Shown here piece by piece: positions 59,458 through 64,000 of a DNA stretch of 64,000 nt. A model generated the notes under the pieces. It was not told the DNA's origin. It saw only the letters and a list, made by a program, of their open reading frames with translations, and did no database searches. The position numbers were made by a program, and so were the translations under genes. Source of the stretch: Neocallimastix sp. 'constans' (lineage: Eukaryota); contig JBODTK010000159.1 in NCBI GenBank assembly GCA_050613775.1, forward strand, positions 1 through 64,000. The letters run 5' to 3'. Position 1 is the stretch's first letter. Each line of letters begins with the position of its first letter.

Positions 59458-61702
59458 ATGTTTTTCTTTTCAAAACCAGATATCGATCAAGAGCTTTTAA
59501 AGTCTCAATCCATTTATATCAAAAATGATAAAAAGGGAGAATCAGACATTTTCCGTACTCGTGGTAACAACGGTGAATTAAAAAACTATATCAGTTATAA
59601 CTATAATGACCCAGAAACTGGAGAAAAAAAGGAAAAGAAGTTATATACTTCTGTCGATTGTTTCTATAATAATATGGAAATTAATGGCAGAGACAGCAGA
59701 TTTTTAGGTAGAAGAGTTAATAATAAATACGAATGGATGACTTTTGGTAAATATACAAATAAAAAGATATATAGGCATAAATAATAAATAAAAATAAATA
59801 CATTAAGAAATAGTGCATTAAATGAAATGATAACTAAAATAGAACAATATCTAATAGTAAAAATATAACGATTTTTAATAACAAATTATTGATGTTTAAT
59901 TATAATAAAAAAAATTTTTTTAACTATTTCATTATATAGGTGAAGCTGAAGAAGCCTACAAGAATCTTGGTTCTGCAATGATTAATTTATATGGATATAA
60001 GCCCCAATGTAAATTTGAAAAAACTCTTGGTATCTATATGGTCAACTGTCCAGAATGGAATATTGCTGATTCAGCTTGTCTTTTCTATTCAATTATTTCA
60101 ACTCCACTTTACAATAGTTTTGATAATGCTTCACTTAAATACATCATAGATAATACAAATGTAAAATTAGTTATTACTCATATGGAACATCTTAATAATC
60201 TTTTTGAAATTACTTCTAAAACTAAAACTTTAGAGCATGTCATTGTTTGTAATTATGGTTTAACTACCATTCCAGAAGATAAATTAGAAAAGGCTAAAGA
60301 ATGTGGGCTTACTCTTCGTACTTTTAATGAAGTTTTAGAATATGGTAAGCAACATCCAGTTGAACCTGTTCCATTAACTCCAGATGATGTATTTACTATT
60401 TGTTATACTTCTGGTACTACTGGTACACCAAAAGGTGTTATCTTAAAGAATGGTGGTATTGTTGCTTCGGTTGGTGGTTATTTCGAAAATGCTGGTTACA
60501 ATGTACACAAAGGACATATTCACTATTCTTATTTACCATTAGCTCATGTCTTAGAAAGAGTTATTTGTCATGCTTTCCAAAGTTATGGATGTATTATTGG
60601 TTACTTCTCCGGAAGTGCTCGTAATCTTATGTCAGATATTAGTATCTTAAAGCCAGATGATATGCCATGTGTTCCAAGAGTACTTTGTAGAATTTATGAT
60701 ACTGTTACCAATACTGCTAATAACTCTGGCTTCCTTAAAAAGTTTATTTTTAACTTTGCTGTGGAAAGAAAAAGAAAATATCTTAGAAGAGGTATTATTA
60801 CAAGAGATAGTATTTGGGATAAAATTGTTTTCGAAAAAATTCAAAATGTTGTAGGTGGAAATTTAAAATTCATCATTTGTGGTTCCGCTCCAATTGATTA
60901 TAATATTATTGAATTTATGAGAATTGTTCTTGGTTGTCAAGTTTACGAAGGTTATGGTCAAACAGAAACTTGTACTGTTTCTAATATTCAAATTTATGGT
61001 GATTATCAATATCCATATGGTAGTAACATTGGTCCACCAGTTTGTAGTTGTGAAATGAAATTAATTGATGTACCAGAAATGGATTACTATGCTACTGATG
61101 AACCAAATCCAAGAGGTGAAATTTGTAGTAGAGGTTACAATAGTTTTGTTGGATATCATAATAACCCAGAGGCAACTAAGGAAACAATTGATGAAGATGG
61201 TTGGGTACACAGTGGTGATATCGGAGAATTATTACCTAATGGTACTCTTAAAATCATTGATAGAAGAAAGAACATCTTTAAACTTGCTCAAGGAGAATAT
61301 ATTGCTCCAGAAAAGATTGAAGCTGTCATTAATAATAGTAGATTTATTTCACAATCATACATTGATGGTAATCCACTTTCATCTAAACTTGTTGGTATTG
61401 TTGTTCCAGATGTTGAAAATGTTGTTCCAGAAATTAAGGGTGAAAATGATAATACCGAATGGACTTTAGAAAAAGTTTGTAAATCAGAATCTGCTCGTTT
61501 ATTAATTTTACAAGATATTGAAAACATATCTAGAAACTTTGGTCTTAACGGTTATGAAATTCCAAAGGAAATTGAATTAATTTCTGAACCATTTACTATT
61601 GAAAATGAATTATTAACTCCAACTTTCAAAAATAAACGTATTCAAATTAGACGTCACTTTAGTGATGTTATTAATAAGTTATATGAGAAAGTTAATAATT
61701 AA
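59458..61702 (+). CDS. Long-chain fatty acyl-CoA synthetase (ACSL/LACS type), exons 59458-59746 and 59940-61702, 683 aa
   Basis: YTSGTTGTPKG, YLPLAH, EGYGQTE, GWVHSGDIG, IIDRRKNIFKLAQGEYIAPEKIE and LTPTFK motifs. A GTAAAT...TAG intron at 59747-59939 joins the two ORFs in frame (WMTFG/EAEEAY). Confidence 0.95.
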
Positions 61703-61911
61703 TCTAAAAAAAAAAAAAAAACATATATATAAATTAAGTAAATCTTTATGTTAACGTATATCAAGTTATATCAAGTTATATAAATCATGCTCATTATTTT
61801 AAGAAAATAATATTAAAAAATAATAATAATAATAATAATAAAGAAAAGCATTATATAAAATAAGTACTATAGATAAGATTAATTTTTTTTATACATGTAA
61901 AATAAATAGAC

Positions 61912-61953
<42 letters not shown>

Positions 61954-62063
61954 ATATTATCAGTTAATTTAGTTTGCGCAATAACATAAATATATATTAA
62001 TATAATTTCAGAAAAAAAATATAAAAAAATAAAAAAAATAAAAAAAAAAAAAAATAAAATGCT

Positions 62064-62189
<126 letters not shown>

Positions 62190-62273
62190 TTTTGTATCTT
62201 AAATTTATGATTAACATTGTGAAGTCAAAATTAATTATTATACTTCAGTATAATAATGCCCTTGTGAAGTCTT

Positions 62274-62758
62274 TTGATGATAATATCAATTTTTACGTGC
62301 TGTGTCTCCTTCTTGGCGGAAATGCAGTATTTGAAATCTTAAAGATCGGCTCGGGGGAAAGAAGGCGATATATTAATAATATTTTTCAATCACCTTCGAA
62401 CGAGTCTTCTTTCCCGATTTCATATTTTGTGGGGCTTGCGGAATTCCTTACTAACGTTATGCCTATTGTGATTGGTGATTTTTACACCATGATCGATTTG
62501 TATAGTGTTAGGCCTACCGTTGTCAAGAGCGTCGACGTCGTAACGATAAGGCAAAGAAGAAATTCTGATACAGATTCGAATGATAATTTTCATCCACATG
62601 GAGTTATCTTCGATGAATGGGAAGAGTTAGAGGCCTTTTCGTCCTCGAATCTCATAACGTAGTTTTTTAATATTAATATAAAATAAAAAATTTCATGTAT
62701 TTAAACTTCATGTATTTTTTAAAAAAAAAAAATATTATTAAATAAAGTTTATTCCTAG

Positions 62759-62800
<42 letters not shown>
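62274..62800 (+). mobile_element. 5'-truncated retroposed copy, probably a LINE ORF2 C-terminus with 3' UTR and poly(A)
   Basis: 14-bp TSD CCTTGTGAAGTCTT (62260-62273, 62801-62814); AATAAA at 62741; A39 tail; reading frame open to 62662. Confidence 0.75.
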
Positions 62801-62804
<4 letters not shown>

Positions 62805-62985
62805 GTGAAGTCTTACAAATATTAATTAAATGAAACTAGAATATATTATACCATTATTTTATTTTATTTTGTGTTTTATTTTTTGTTTATTTTTTTATCT
62901 TTTTTTTTTTTATTTTATTACATGTAATTTATCAAATATTTAATCAATAAAGATGAAACAAGTTTGCTGCCGTTAAAAAAAAAAA

Positions 62986-63063
<78 letters not shown>

Positions 63064-63469
63064 TTTTGTTTTATTTTATTTTATTTTATTTTATTTTATG
63101 GAGCGTCAACGCTGAAAATGCAGTAAGACAGGCTATCAGGGTCAATGCCTCTGAGGGAAAAGACCATAATTCTTTCAGATAGTCAATTCAAACCCTAATC
63201 CATAAGGAGGTGAGGTTCGTTGCATATGAACTTTTTTTCTGAACTTATTTATACACTTTTTTTTGATTATTACTTTTTATTTCACGTTACTTTTTCATTT
63301 ATTATTATGTTCAAATTGGATAAATAATATTTATTTATTTTAGTAATTCTGTGTTTTTTTATTTTTTATTAAAATTAAAAGTATTCATGTATTTTATATA
63401 AGAATAAATAAATAAAGATTAAAGTTCGCAATAATTGCGGCTTTAAAAAAAAGAAAAAAAAAAAAAAAT

Positions 63470-63902
63470 TTATTTTATTCCATCTGTGTTAATTCTTGGT
63501 GGAACTTTAGCTTTAAATGAGCTACATTTCGATAGTGGGGAACAGAGACAATTAAATGAACTACTTTTCAAAGATTCATCTGAGTCACCTGTTCCAAAAA
63601 TTGTGGGCTTGACGGAATTCTTAACTAGCGCAATACCTATCATAAGCAGTTCGTTTGAGCTATTATTTGATAGGTATTCCAAATTACCAAACTTAACTAA
63701 GAGCGTCGATGTCGTACTGATAAGGCATAATGATAATACAGGATCATCATCTCTTTCTAAGAAGGGTGAATCTCGCCCTAGTAGTTCAATAAATGATGGA
63801 TCCGAGGAGAGTTTAGTGGATACCACACTATCTATTTTAAAGATGTTCCTTTTAGGTTTTATTTCTTTTTTATTTGTTAGGAAAGGAAAAATTCCCGCAT
63901 AG
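63470..63902 (+). mobile_element. Diverged homolog of the 62274 retroposed ORF
   Basis: LILGG/LLLGG, SGEQR/SGERR, VGLTEFLT/VGLAEFLT and KSVDVV are shared, with synonymous differences in the + frame. Confidence 0.65.
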
Positions 63903-64000
63903 TACAACTTGCCGAAATACATAGTATTTTTGAGCTTTTTTTATTTTTTTTTATTTTTTTTTTTAACTTTTTTTTTTATTATTTTTAATTACAAATGTAC

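Noticed and set aside
63470..63922. Minus-strand 150-aa ORF as the real gene
   Set aside because: The homologous copy at 62274 has a stop in the matching minus frame, and synonymous changes favour the + frame.

Overview
Extremely AT-rich eukaryotic DNA. The low GC, Asn-rich ankyrin gene, sparse introns and fungal-type chromoviruses suggest an anaerobic gut fungus (Neocallimastigomycota); this is an inference. Two host genes (an ankyrin-repeat protein at 1714-4479 and a one-intron long-chain acyl-CoA synthetase at 59458-61702) flank a ~45 kb nest of retroelements that can be resolved by target-site duplications (TSDs). The nest holds one Ty1/Copia element (13287-28231) carrying five nested insertions, three full-length Ty3/Gypsy chromoviruses (14668-21375 with an intact ORF, 30760-37541 and 42808-51201), many solo LTRs and decayed remnants. 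LTR family letters A-E are my own labels. Most notable: (1) a tRNA-like Pol III A-box/B-box module inside the LTR U3 of the intact chromovirus and in a diverged relative; (2) a TSD-flanked fold-back element made of two R-U5 ends; (3) a tRNA-headed SINE with encoded CCA and a poly(T) tail; (4) a Copia PBS matching the tRNA-Lys(CUU) anticodon arm; (5) Tf1-type self-priming with compensatory changes across families; (6) LTRs ending in TA instead of CA; (7) a secreted prepro-peptide with a bacteriocin-like glycine zipper.
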